Origin: the human T2T-CHM13v2.0 reference genome, Homo sapiens
NCBI RefSeq assembly: GCF_009914755.1
Contig: NC_060934.1
Strand: one strand, 5' to 3'
Length of the DNA stretch: 64,000 bases
Shown: positions 13,940 to 28,823 of the stretch, one piece after another
How positions within the stretch are numbered: position 1 is the stretch's first letter
Layout: every line of letters starts with the position of its first letter
Position numbers and translations under genes: made by a program
Notes under the pieces: generated by a model
The model's input: only the letters and a program-made list of their open reading frames with translations
Told to the model about the DNA's origin: nothing
Database searches by the model: none

Positions 13940-16900
13940 TGTTTAGTTTGATCAACAAGATTTTGTCTATAGAAACTAGTAATATTTCTAGGAAACCTCT
14001 AAATATTTGGAACTGTAACAACATATTTCTAAATATTCTATGAAAAAAGGAAAAATATATTGGAAATTTGCAGAAGTCTTACTAGAAAAGATATCCTCCA
14101 GTAATTGGGATTGGCATGTTTTTTCAATTTAAATCAAACACAATAAGAACTCCAGAGGAATTCCACTTAGAAATAAAATAGCACATTTCAAAATCACCCA
14201 TGCTTCAAATAGAAAATCACAAGAGAAATTAAGATATATTTTGAACTGAATAAAAGTGAAAACAGAGTATGGTAGTATTTGTGATATTCACCTGAAGTAT
14301 TTCTCACAAGGAAATTGATTATCTTAAATAGCAGCATGTAGAAAAAGAAAGGTTTTCTGAAACTTAATGAAACAAAAAAAAACACAATGAAAAATTAACA
14401 AAGCAGAAATTGTTTCTTTGAGATTAAGTTGTCAGAACTCTAGTAAGATTATTCAGAGAAAGAGAGAAAATAGCTGTATAAGAATAGCTATATTTATAAA
14501 CATACCTAAATTCAGCTATTCTCTCTGTATTTATACTGTGTAATATAAATATAGTATAAAAACAGCTATTCCCATGCAGGTATTCTTACTATAAAATAGA
14601 ATTCACAACAAAATCTTTGTCAAGGGAAACACCAGGATAAGATAGGTTCACTATTAAATTCCTAAGATATTTTATGTAGAAATAATAACAATTCCAGAAG
14701 CTTTTTAAAAAAAACATAGGACAAAATGTTCCCTAACTCATTTCATAGGAGCAAATAACCTTGATACCAAAGCCTGGCACAAGATATCAAAAGAATATAC
14801 TTGAAGATTTAAATAATATAAAAACATAATCAAAATATTAAGAAATTAAGTAAAACAATATTTAAAAGTAAAATACACCACAAGCAAGTAGGATTTATCC
14901 TGGGAATGCAAAGTTCGTTCAGTAGCAAAAATCAATCAATGTAATTCACTACAGAACAGAATAAGAAGAAAATATATAATCACCTTATAGATGCAAAAAG
15001 TGCATTTGACTAAATTATGCATCTATCCATGAAAAACTGTCAAAAACACAATGAAACTGTCTTAATCTGATTAAGGCCATGTTAAAAAAAAACTATAGCT
15101 AACAAAATAATTCATGTGAATGACCAAATGTCTTTCTTCTAAGATCAAAAAAAAAAAAAAAGAAAGAAAAAAAAGGAAAGTAAGTCTGCTCTACATACTT
15201 GTAGCCAGTACTTCACTGGAGCTCCTAGCCAGTGGAAAAAAGCAAGAAAAATAAGAAAGATTTAAAATGAAGAACTAAAATAGCCTCTTTTTATAGATTA
15301 TATTATTGTTCCTATATAAAATCCTAAGTAATCAAAAATTGATCTGCCAAAATTAATTAATAAATTTAGCAAGGGTTTAGGTGGCAAGCCCTTTGGAAAA
15401 AATAAATTAGAATTCTAAATATATTCAAACAACTAGAAAATATAATTTTAAGTGGTTTATGCCATAAAATACCAAGAAATATAATTAACAAAATTATGGA
15501 TAACATCTATGATGAAAAACATAATGTTGAGAGAAATAAAAGACTATCCAAATATAAATATACAGTATGGCAATGGTATCAATAGGACATCAATTCTTAC
15601 CCAAATTTATTTATACAGTAAATGCATTTTTAATCCATATCCTGACAGATATTTCTGCCACAGAAACTGATAAGCTCATTCTAAAATGTAAGTAGATATC
15701 AAAGAATCTAGAAAAGCAAAAATAATTTTGAAAAATGAAGTTGAAAGAGTTACACTATATTATTTCCAGACTTACTATAAAGCAACAATAACCAAGATAT
15801 TTCAGAGTTAGTATAAATTTAAACATATAGATCAGTGGAACAGAAAAAAAGTCAGAAATAGACCCATACATATATGGTCAATGAATTTTTTACAATGACA
15901 AAAATACGTTTCAATGGAAAAAGATAAATTATTCAACAAATGGTGTCTTAACACTTGTATGAAAAAGAAAAGCAACCTCTATCTCACACTATGAAATTTA
16001 TTTGAAGTGGATTAGAGAGAACTTATTGTAACAGCTAAAATTATAATACTTCTTAAGACATAGATGGAACACAAAAAGCATAAAACATACATTTTTTTAG
16101 AAAGGATAAATTAAACATCATAAAAAGTAAAACCATCTGCCTTTCTAAAGACAGCATTAAGGAAATAAAATTAGAAACCACAGACATGGAGGAAAAATAT
16201 ACATTTATCTAGCACATACAAATGATTTTTACAATAAGAATTAATAACACAAACAAGCCAAAAGGACTTAAGTAGGTACTACTTCACAACAGAATGGTCA
16301 ATAAATACATTAGAAGAGGTTCAACATCATTGGTGATCAGAAAACTGCAAATTAAAACCATAATGAATGAGATACCAGTTTATAACAAATATAATATCTA
16401 AAATTAAAAGACTAACAATACTTTTAGTGAAAATGCATAGCCACTGCAGACCTCCTATGCTGCTGTTGGTGAATTTAAAATTATGGCCACACAATCCCAC
16501 ACATGGATACCTACTCAAAATAAATAAAACTTATTTCTAGAAAAAGACTTGTACGTGGCAAGACTTGTACATAACCCCAAATCAAAAACAACCCAATGGT
16601 TCAGGTACAAGCAAATGAATTTAAAAATTGCAGCATATTCATATAACTGAGAGCTACTTAGCAATGAGAAAGGACTAACACACAACCTGGATGAATCTCA
16701 AAAACATGCTGAGTAAGAGAAGCCAGAAATAAAAAAAACGCAACAGCGTGCATCCATCTATTTGACGTTGTGGAGCAGCTGAACTGAGCAATTGTGATAG
16801 AAAGATGAGTGAGTGGGGTTGGAGGAAACCTGGGATGACTCTTATGGACAATGATGATGCTCCTGTCAGCACACACTTAAAATGTTTCCTTTTTGTTGTA

Positions 16901-16941
16901 TGTAAATTATACCTCAATATAGATGACAAAAAAAAATAAAA
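13940..16941 (+). mobile_element. Ancient L1M (L1ME-like) ORF2 remnant and 3' end
   Basis: A-rich degenerate ORF2 (ggatttatcctgggaatgcaa, atagatgcaaaaagtgcatttgac, atagatcagtggaacaga) ending in tgtaaattatacctcaata. Confidence 0.8.
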
Positions 16942-17305
16942 TAGAGTATTCCATTTTAAATGACAGCACCATGAACATGGTGAACACTCAGTTTTTGAGC
17001 TGTTTTACGACCAATGAGCTCATTTTACTCTACAGGAAGTTTCAGTTGTGTGACTATAAGGAATAATTAAAGGCATCACAGAATTTTAACACCCTGTGTG
17101 TTTTTAAAAATTGAATACAATTTATAGATGTGGTTAAATGTAAGCTTCCTGTCGCCTTGCTACTTTGAGGATTTGGGAACTCTTGAAACCGGCTAAAAGA
17201 AGAACAAATAAAAGGCCATGGAAATTATAATGTTCTGACCAAATGCCCCCCAAAAAATTAAAAAAAAATAAATTTAAGAGAGCGCGGCAGGTTTTGGAAT
17301 AGATT

Positions 17306-17848
17306 TGTTACTGGATTTGTCAGATCCAAGAGAAGATTCTTGGATCTCATGAAGGAAGGAATTCAGGGTGATTCACAAAGTGCAGTGAAAAAACTGGGTT
17401 TATTAAAAGTTACTTTATTATAGAGTAGGGCACCCTCGGAAAGCAAGAGGAGAAACCACCAGGCTTTGTTTTAAGTTTTCCTTATATAGGGGTCTTGTCT
17501 ATGTAAAGACTAAGCTAAGCTGTATCTACGTGCAGGTAAGCAGGCATCCTGACACATTTATTGCTGTATTGATTTAAAGAAAACTAGCCTTGACCGTCTA
17601 GTGTGTGAGTACATCAAAGCATAACTATTATTATCTTCAAAACATATATTGTTATGGGTATTGGGACATCTGGACTCTCTGTTGTTGTAGGAGTGTGTCC
17701 TTGCAGGTACCTTTAAGCTGTTTCCTTTAATACAAACATCCCATGAATATGGGTCATGACCGGCAAGGCATGCGTTTTGCTAGTCTCAGAATGGAACTAA
17801 ACTAAAAAGGCATTACATTGTCCCTCCTTGGCTCCTGCTTCCCTGACA
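17306..17848 (-). mobile_element. Solo ERV1-class LTR (MER41-related)
   Basis: TG...CA termini; gatccaagagaagattcttggatctc...gaattcaggg...gtttatt resembles a reverse-complemented MER41-type U5/polyA region; imperfect 4-bp TSD gatt/aatt. Confidence 0.7.
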
Positions 17849-17969
17849 AATTGACCATCATTAGAATGTCTGGAGTGTGGCAAGTGATGGGTTAACCACC
17901 AGTACTATAGACATTATTCTAAGGAGTCCAGAGTCTATATATGAGGCACACATAGTTTAACATAGATAA

Positions 17970-18312
<343 letters not shown>

Positions 18313-19039
18313 TCAAATATTTCTTAATTACAAAAAAATTACAGTTGAGTGGGGGATTACATATGTTAAAAGAATTTACATAAAGCTGGAAAACACTGAC
18401 ATCTGCTCTTTTTGCTCAAAGTACTTCAAGAGTACCCAGGATGTAATTAGACAAACATATGTATACAGTAAGAAAAAAATACGTTATTAAAACAATTGAG
18501 ACTAGGCTGTGTCAGAAATAAAATGTTTAAACACTCAAGTGATCTAGGTATCTCTCTGCAGAAAGATAAATTATGTTGCAGTAATATTTTAAAGAGAGGA
18601 ATTTTTAGTTTCTGCAAAGACACAGAAAAATAAATGTTTATTTACAGGAATTTTGTTCAATTATGCATTCCAGTTTTCTAAACCTGAAAATGCCTTAGAA
18701 TGTGTGAAAGGAAAGCCACCTGTCATACTTCTATAAGCAAAAATCCAAAACATATGATTTCTAATGATGTAGGCATATGGCCTTTAAAAGTTATAAAATT
18801 CACTTGCGTTGAAAATGATTTTTTAAATTGCAAAGTCTCTATCCAGATTATAGCCGGATACTCAATCCTTTTCTGCAACTAAGGACTCATTATCATTATT
18901 TCATGGAGAGGTGTTTATGTTCTGTGGAGATTCCTGTGAGCTTCTACCTCTGCTGGTGTCTTGGGGTTCTCTCTTGGGGGCTCAGAATTCCCTGCACTCC
19001 ATCCCTCAGCCACGTGAATGACACAGATTTTCCCTGTTT

Positions 19040-19332
19040 CTGCCAGTCAGAAACCTTTGCTTATGCTCTTCTCTTGGTCTGAAATGCTGTCCCCCTACTC
19101 CCACCTGCTAAATCCTCCTTGCTCTGAAGTCTGAGAAGCCTTCTCTGACCCCAGTTCCTCCCTAGGAATTCCCCCTCCAGCTGTGTTACAACTATCTCTT
19201 TGCTGTACTCTCTTTCCTACTGGATTCCATAAGGGCAGAGCCTGAGTTCTGTTCATCATTCATCACCAAGAACTAGCAAAGGGCCTGGAATAAAGTAACA
19301 GGTAGCACTTGTCAGATAAATCAATCAATGAA
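19040..19332 (+). mobile_element. L2 3' end
   Basis: cctttgcttatgct...gaaatgct...ttccataagggcagagcc...ctagcaaagggcctgg...atcaatcaatgaa. Confidence 0.6.
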
Positions 19333-19389
19333 GGTGGGACAGCAGCAGCTACTTTGCTTCTTTTTTTTTTTGTTTGTTTTACTTTTCTT

Positions 19390-19514
19390 TTTTTTAATTA
19401 ATTAATTTATTTTTTATTATTATTATACTTTAAGTTTTAGGGTACATGTGCACAATGTGCAGGTTAGTTACATATGTATATATGTGCCATGCTGGTGCGC
19501 TGCACCCACTAACT
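19390..19514 (-). mobile_element. Extremely 5'-truncated young L1 (L1PA2/3-like) 3' tip
   Basis: attatactttaagttttagggtacatgtgcacaatgtgcaggttagttac...gctggtgcgctgcacccactaact preceded by a T-rich tail; lacks the Ta-specific CTTAGAGT. Confidence 0.9.
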
Positions 19515-20059
19515 TCTTTTTCTTCCTGAGCTTTCATTTTGTGGTGGTAGCTGTTGCTCTGTGAGGCGGGTGGAAGTCCTTCCAAGGCCTGAAATGGATT
19601 CTGTAATCTTTCATGGTATGTTCTCGATTTCTACTCCAGGTGTGAGAGAGGACTTCTTCTCACATTCACAAACCTCTCTTAGCTGATTTAGCTTGGTTAC
19701 TTGGAATAAGAATTTCACAGTTCATGGAACATAATGAAACATGTCCTGTGCTGGCAGAAGTGATTTTGTGTCAAAAGGAACTAATTTTTAACCTACCTAC
19801 ATCATTACCTACATCTATTAAGCTGAACAATTTCAATTATTTTTGATGGGCTCAGTTTCTCACTTATGAAATGAGGGATTGAAAGATATGATCTTAGTGG
19901 TTCTGAATAATACATAGCTCTCAGATAAAATTACCAAGGCTCTCACAGCATATATACTCAGAAATATGTGATGCAAATGTGTGGTTTAAAATATATTGTG
20001 CATTCTGTAAATTAAATCTTATGAATCAATTGTATTAGCAAATGTGACAGTGTAACAAA

Positions 20060-23110
<3,051 letters not shown>

Positions 23111-23139
23111 CAGGGGTTGCATTTGGGAGCTGTGTATAT

Positions 23140-25003
23140 GTGTCTTAAACCTGAATCTCCTTTCTCTTATAATAACACCAGTTATTGGATTTAGGGCCAA
23201 TCCCAACCCAAAATGATGTCATCTTGAAATTCTTCCTTTAATTGCATCTTCTAAAATCTTTACTCCAAAAAAAGGTCACATTCTGAAGTTCCCAGTGGAC
23301 ATATCTTTTGGAGAGGCACCATTACAGCCCTCTACCATCTGCCTACTGTCTACTCCAAATCCATGTCTGCTCCATGAGAAGGTGACATCTACCTCATCCC
23401 AACATCCCTGACAATTTTAACCCGTTGGACTATCTATTCTTAGCCTCAAATCTCACAAAAAATATTATCAAGTCAAAGATACCAAATCTAATCATCTAAA
23501 TCAGATATGGGTGAAACTTTGGGAAGGATCCATCCTAGGGTGATGATATTCCTCTCCTTCTGTGGACTTCTGAATCTAGCAAACAAGTTATCCGCTCCCA
23601 AGATACATTGGTGTGTTTACATCTTCTCCATTTAAAACTAGGAAGACATTTGTTATTGCTTTTTCTTTTATTCCAAAAAGGAGAAAAACGGGAGGGATAA
23701 AGGGGACACTGGAATTAAGCAAAACCTAGCACAGCACATTCTATTAGGTTTTACGGCCTGAGAACAATCTTTTGCGGCATGATCCTGCACACCCTGGGCC
23801 CACAGCAGCTCCGTGGATGGCCCCTGCCCCTGGGCCTGCAGCAGTGCTGTGACTGGCTTCTGGGTGCAGGTGGCGGTAGCTCAGTCGCTCTCTACATCCA
23901 CACCTCTGTCCTTGGAGTCATTCTTCCTTTTTCTGAAAGGGTAGAGCATGTTGGCTGTCAAGTAGCCCTACTGGCGTTTCCTGCTTGTAAAGTTTATAAG
24001 TCCCATGACTTTCTCTCATTTTGTCTTGTCTCTGTCCCTTTGGGTCAAAGTTGGCCGTGTTTCTACTGATTTAACATTCTCAAAATCCTCATAGGTTCCT
24101 GTGTATATCGAGGGAATCTATGTCACTAGACAGAAGAGTTCTCCAGAATTCTTCCTGGGTAACCCTGTCTCTATTCCTGGATTCTGCTGAGATTGGATCC
24201 GCGATACATGCCTAATCTTTTCAGTGAAAAGTTTTCTGGGCACTCCCTTGGTGTTCATTACAGAACATCCTTTCTCTGTCCACAGTGAATTTCCTCATCA
24301 CGGTATCCTTTGCTTTCCAAAAAGGCTCAGAACTTCCTAAGTCATCAGGTCCTGGTTCCTTTTTTGCTCCAACATTCTTTCCTCAAATTATCTCTCTCCT
24401 CTCATATTTTACCAAAATGATTAAGAAGAAACCAGGCCTTACTTTCTTCACGTTCCTTGAAATACCCTCAGCTAAATAGACAGCTTCACTGCTTACAAAT
24501 TATCCTTTGCACTCAACCTCAGAATACAACTCAGGCAAATTTCTGCCACTTTATAACAAGGATTTCCTTTCCTAGCATTTCCAGTAACACTTTTCTCATT
24601 TCCATCTGCGATTTCTGCTGAGGTCTCCATGTCAGCAGAATCACTGTAAGCATTCATATTTCACCTCAGCAGAATCACCTTAAGCACTCATATTTCCCCC
24701 AACAGGCTTGTCCAGGCAAGCTAGATTTTTCTGTCATTTGCCTCAAAGTTCTTCTAGCCTTTAACCCCCAATTCCAAAACCACTTCCACATTTTTAGATA
24801 TTTGTTACAGAAGGACCTTGTTTCTTAGTAGCAAAATCTGTATGGGTTTGCTAGAGCTGCAATTACTAATGACCATAAACTTGTGGCTTAAAACACCAGA
24901 AACTTGTTCTTCCATAGTTCCGAAGATTAGAAATCCAAAAGGAAAGCGTCAGCCGGGTTGGTTCTTTTTGGAGACACTGAGGGAGAATCAATTCCATGCC
25001 TGC
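23140..25003 (-). mobile_element. MLT1 (MaLR) element: partial LTR, internal region, partial LTR
   Basis: LTR piece 23140-23337 (cttataataacaccagttattggatttagggcc...aaggtcacattctga), about 1.5 kb of MaLR-internal-like sequence, then caaaatctgtatgggtttgctagagctgc...ggcttaaaacaccagaaa from about 24838. Confidence 0.75.
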
Positions 25004-25162
25004 TAAACAGAGAAGCACATGGAGGCTGTGCTAAAGGATATGGAATTTCATTCATCTTTCATGTAGCAATTCCACAGTGAGTGGTCCAGGCTGTGGAGCA
25101 GTTTGCTGTATGGAATCATTTACTTAGGCTCCTCTCATAGTATTATTAAACCACACTCTAGG

Positions 25163-25936
25163 CAACAGATCTCACCCTTATCATATGTAGTGCTCTCTTT
25201 TGGCAGCATGTTAAAGCCTATAGACTCCTCAAAAAGAAATAATAATATAAATGGCCAGGCATGGTGGCTCTCACCTATATGCCTATAATCCCAGCACTTG
25301 GGAAGACGACTTGAGCCCAGGAGTTCAAGACTAGCCTGGGCAACATAGGGAGATCCCATCTCTACAAGAAATTTAAAAAGTAGCCAGGCGTGGTGGCATA
25401 CACTTGTGGTCCCAGCTACTTGGAGGCTGAAGTGGGAGGATTGCTTGAGCCCAGAAGTTGGAGGTTGCTGTGAGCTATGATCGCACCACTGCACTCCAAC
25501 CTAGGTAACAGAGCAAGAGCAAAAACAAACAAACAAACAAAAAACAGACGGCTACAAAGGAAACAAAATGAATATAGTTTTCAAAATATAAAAATATAAA
25601 AACAAAATATTTGAAAACTGTGTTATGGTAACATATGTTTCTTTAATAAGACATTAAATAACCCAGTCTGAAGGAGGAACTTGGTGCCCAGCATCACTTT
25701 GAAGTGGTGATGAGCATAAACGATACACTTATTTTGAAGTCTCTTCCATTACTGTGATACGATATGAAATCATCTAACGTTTCAGTTGGTGGATCAGAGG
25801 CACTGCTAAAGCTATTGTTTCTTTTTTCCTCATTGCTAGTTAAAGGCAATGATAAATTTTTTAGAAGTTCATACAAATAAGGTAATAATTATGATTTTCA
25901 TAACTAGTTCATGGAAACCTAGGCTAAGATTCTGTG
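25163..25936. mobile_element. Charlie4a-like hAT transposon interrupted by an AluJ
   Basis: tttggcagcatgttaaagcctatagactcc...acaaaggaaac...tttgaagtggtgatgagcataaacgata...gttcatggaaacctaggctaaga follows the Charlie4a consensus as I recall it. Confidence 0.7.
25253..25545 (+). mobile_element. AluJ
   Basis: cttgagcccaggagttcaagactagcctgggcaacatag...gtgagctatgatcgcacc, with an (AAAC)n tail. Confidence 0.9.
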
Positions 25937-26045
25937 CCCTGGAGGCTTTTTCTACTTTGTAGATTTGAAGCCAGGCCACTGGTATGTCCATGTTCTATAG
26001 CAGACGGGAAAGAAAAGTCCAGAGCAGAGAGCTCTGTGACTGAGG

Positions 26046-26187
26046 TGCACATGCACACACACACATGCACAAACACATGTACACATGCACACATGCACAC
26101 GCACACAGACACGCACACACGCACACACACACATGCACACATACACGCATGCACACACGCACGCACACATATGCACACACGCACACA
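26046..26187. repeat. Degenerate (CA)n/(CACATG) microsatellite
   Basis: About 140 bp of alternating purine-pyrimidine sequence. Confidence 0.95.
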
Positions 26188-26869
26188 TTCCCTTCACTCC
26201 ATTCAACTGGCCTGAACTCCGTTGTGAAGATGGAAGGGAATGGAGGAATATGGTTGGTGTGGGTGGCCACATTCCTAGCTAAAACTTAGAAGGAAGGTTC
26301 AGTTACTTTGAAAATGAGCGGAGACTGGATACTGGGATCTTCAGCATTTTCTATCACAACATCCCACCAACCTCATATCCAGGTCTGTAGGGTCCTTGGA
26401 TCATTGTCTGCCAGTGATTCTTGGTCAGAGCCACAAGCTCAGCGCCTCCACGTTCCTCTTTACCTACCTTGGAAAGGAGGGATGAGTCTTAGTCACCTCC
26501 TTGCAAGTTCCCTTGGCTTCTTATTCACCTTGCCTAGACTCTTCGTGAACCGAATGCCCTAGGGAAACACAGCTTTTCCCAAGACAGTCACACGCACTCA
26601 CCTGGAACCAGAAGATTGTAGCATTGTCTTTGCTCAGGGCCTAGGCATCTGCTAGTCTAACATTTCAATAACCAAGAGAGTCATTGGAGTGACTTAGAGG
26701 ATCAAGGATAACTGTGCTCTCATGTGAAAATATAGCTCTGCCCACCCAGAAGGGCAGCCAACACCTTCTTGATTATGGGTGTCTTATTCCACTTATTACT
26801 CCATTAAACTAAGATATGGTCCCTGGGGCAGGGGAAAGGTGGGTGGGTGGGGAGATGTTAAGGTTGGTT

Positions 26870-27320
26870 TTATAGGTGTTGCATTTCAGGTCCCTGTGGG
26901 ACTGTTGAAGGGAGATTTTTAGGAGGCAGCTGAACATTCTCCGTGGATCTCTAATGAGAGGTCTGCACTGAAGATATAAATGCTAGAAACATCAGCCTAG
27001 AGCTAATCACAGAAGGTCTGAGAGAGAAAAGGATGCCCCTAGGAGCATGTGGGATAAAAAGTGGAGACGGTAGGGCTGAGATCTGAAGAGCATCAACACT
27101 AAAGAGACGGTATCAGAAGAGATGTCTACATGGGAAACTGCATGAATGTAGCCAGAGAAATATAGGTCAAGTAAGATAAGGGCTGAACATTACCAATGTG
27201 TTTAAGGTGTACATTGGCAACTTTGAAGAGACAAACTTCAGTGGGAGAAAGTGCAGGCTTTGGGAACTGAAAGGCAGGGAAGCAATGGGATTTAATGCTT
27301 GTGAAGTTCTCTTTCAGGAA
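26870..27320 (-). mobile_element. L2 fragment
   Basis: aggaggcagctgaa...gagaggtctgcactgaagatataaat...catcagc and tggcaactttgaagagacaaacttcagtgg are L2-like. Confidence 0.5.
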
Positions 27321-28030
27321 GTGTATTTCTAAAAACCATGGCCCTTCATGGGCACGGTAACCTGGAATGTGTGGGGATATCTGCAAGTGTCACGATGGGT
27401 GTGGGTGTCACTGTTATTTAGTAGAGCATGTCAGGGGATCCGACTGTCCTACAGTGAGTGGGACAGCAGCCACCGCCATGCAGAGCCATCCTCCTCCTGC
27501 ACAGCCTGCCAGGGCCCTGCTGCTTACTCACAGACTCTCAGACACTAATCTATTTCTCTGAGCCTCCACAAGCTTAAATAAAGCACACATTTTTGCATAG
27601 TTTTAATATACACTAAATTTTATAGAAATTCAATTAATGTTTAAATTGAGAGAAGATGGTAGTTTAAGTTCAGAAATTTACCCTAAACTCTCCATATTTC
27701 AGGAAAATCATCACAAAGAGCATTGCTCTTATGGCATTTAAGCATCCGATACAACTCACCTATATCAAATTGCTCCGTATTTGAATGTAACTGTCACCTT
27801 CACAGTGATTTTACACATAATGGATGTGCAGTTGGGTGTGTCTTAGTATTTAAATACTAAAATCATATCATTTTATCTTAAATTATCTTCCTTTTGTTTC
27901 TCCTTTACATTACAGTCAGGGCAGTATGTTGACTTTCAAACATTGTTTGTGTGGTTATATAACATTATCAGATTTTCTATCAGATCATGAAGCGGGGGTG
28001 TTGGGCACCCTTGCATTGAAAGCTCTGTTC
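27320..28030. mobile_element. MER20/MER20B-like hAT element
   Basis: ggaatgtgtggggatatctgcaagtgtcacgatggg...ctgttatttagtag...tgtcctacagtgagtgggacagc resembles MER20-family ends; extent uncertain. Confidence 0.5.
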
Positions 28031-28782
28031 TGATTTCACAACTCCTGGATCCACTCTCCAAGCCCAAACCCCTTCCTGAGAAACATTCTAGGTATAACTG
28101 ATGAACCTGAGATGTCATGAGAGCAGGGCAAGGCCAACAGGATGCTCTCTTCCTGGAATGTGGATTTGGATTTCAAACTCTAACGAGTGTCTGTAAGCCG
28201 CTTAACTGGTGTCCTGCAGGCAGGGCTGAGGAGAGTTTGGGTTGTTTTGACTCATGCACACCCAAAATCAGAACATGTTTGTTTGCAAGGAGAGAAAAGA
28301 ACAAAGCAGAAGAGAGACACAGAGATGAGAGGTTTGTCACCTTGGGTCACAGCGAGCCTGTGGCATGGTTCCCTGGGAGGCCCTGCTGCCCCTCTGCCTT
28401 CCCTTAGGTGCCTCAGATCTGTACCACAGCCCTTGGTGCTGCGTTCTGCCAGCTCAGAGGGGTTTTGTTAATTGCAACCAAAAAGACTTGCTTAAGTATT
28501 TTAATTTCCACTTCCTAGTGGTTTTAATTAATAGTTGTTAGATGAATTAATGTAAAAACAAATGAATAAAGTAACCGCTTTAGATGAATTTTAAAAATTT
28601 TATTAAAAACATGAATATTATTTCTTCAACTAATTATCTACATCAGTGTTTTTTATGATTTCTCTCCAATTCCACCCTTTCCCCCACCAAAAAAGAGACA
28701 GTTGTCTTTCAGACACTCTTAGGATTACCTCATCCAAAATATTTGTTTTAAATGAAAAGACTTGATTTGTGAGGGGGATGTG

Positions 28783-28787
<5 letters not shown>

Positions 28788-28818
<31 letters not shown>
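28788..28818. repeat. (TG)n microsatellite
   Basis: About 15 perfect TG units. Confidence 0.95.
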
Positions 28819-28823
<5 letters not shown>

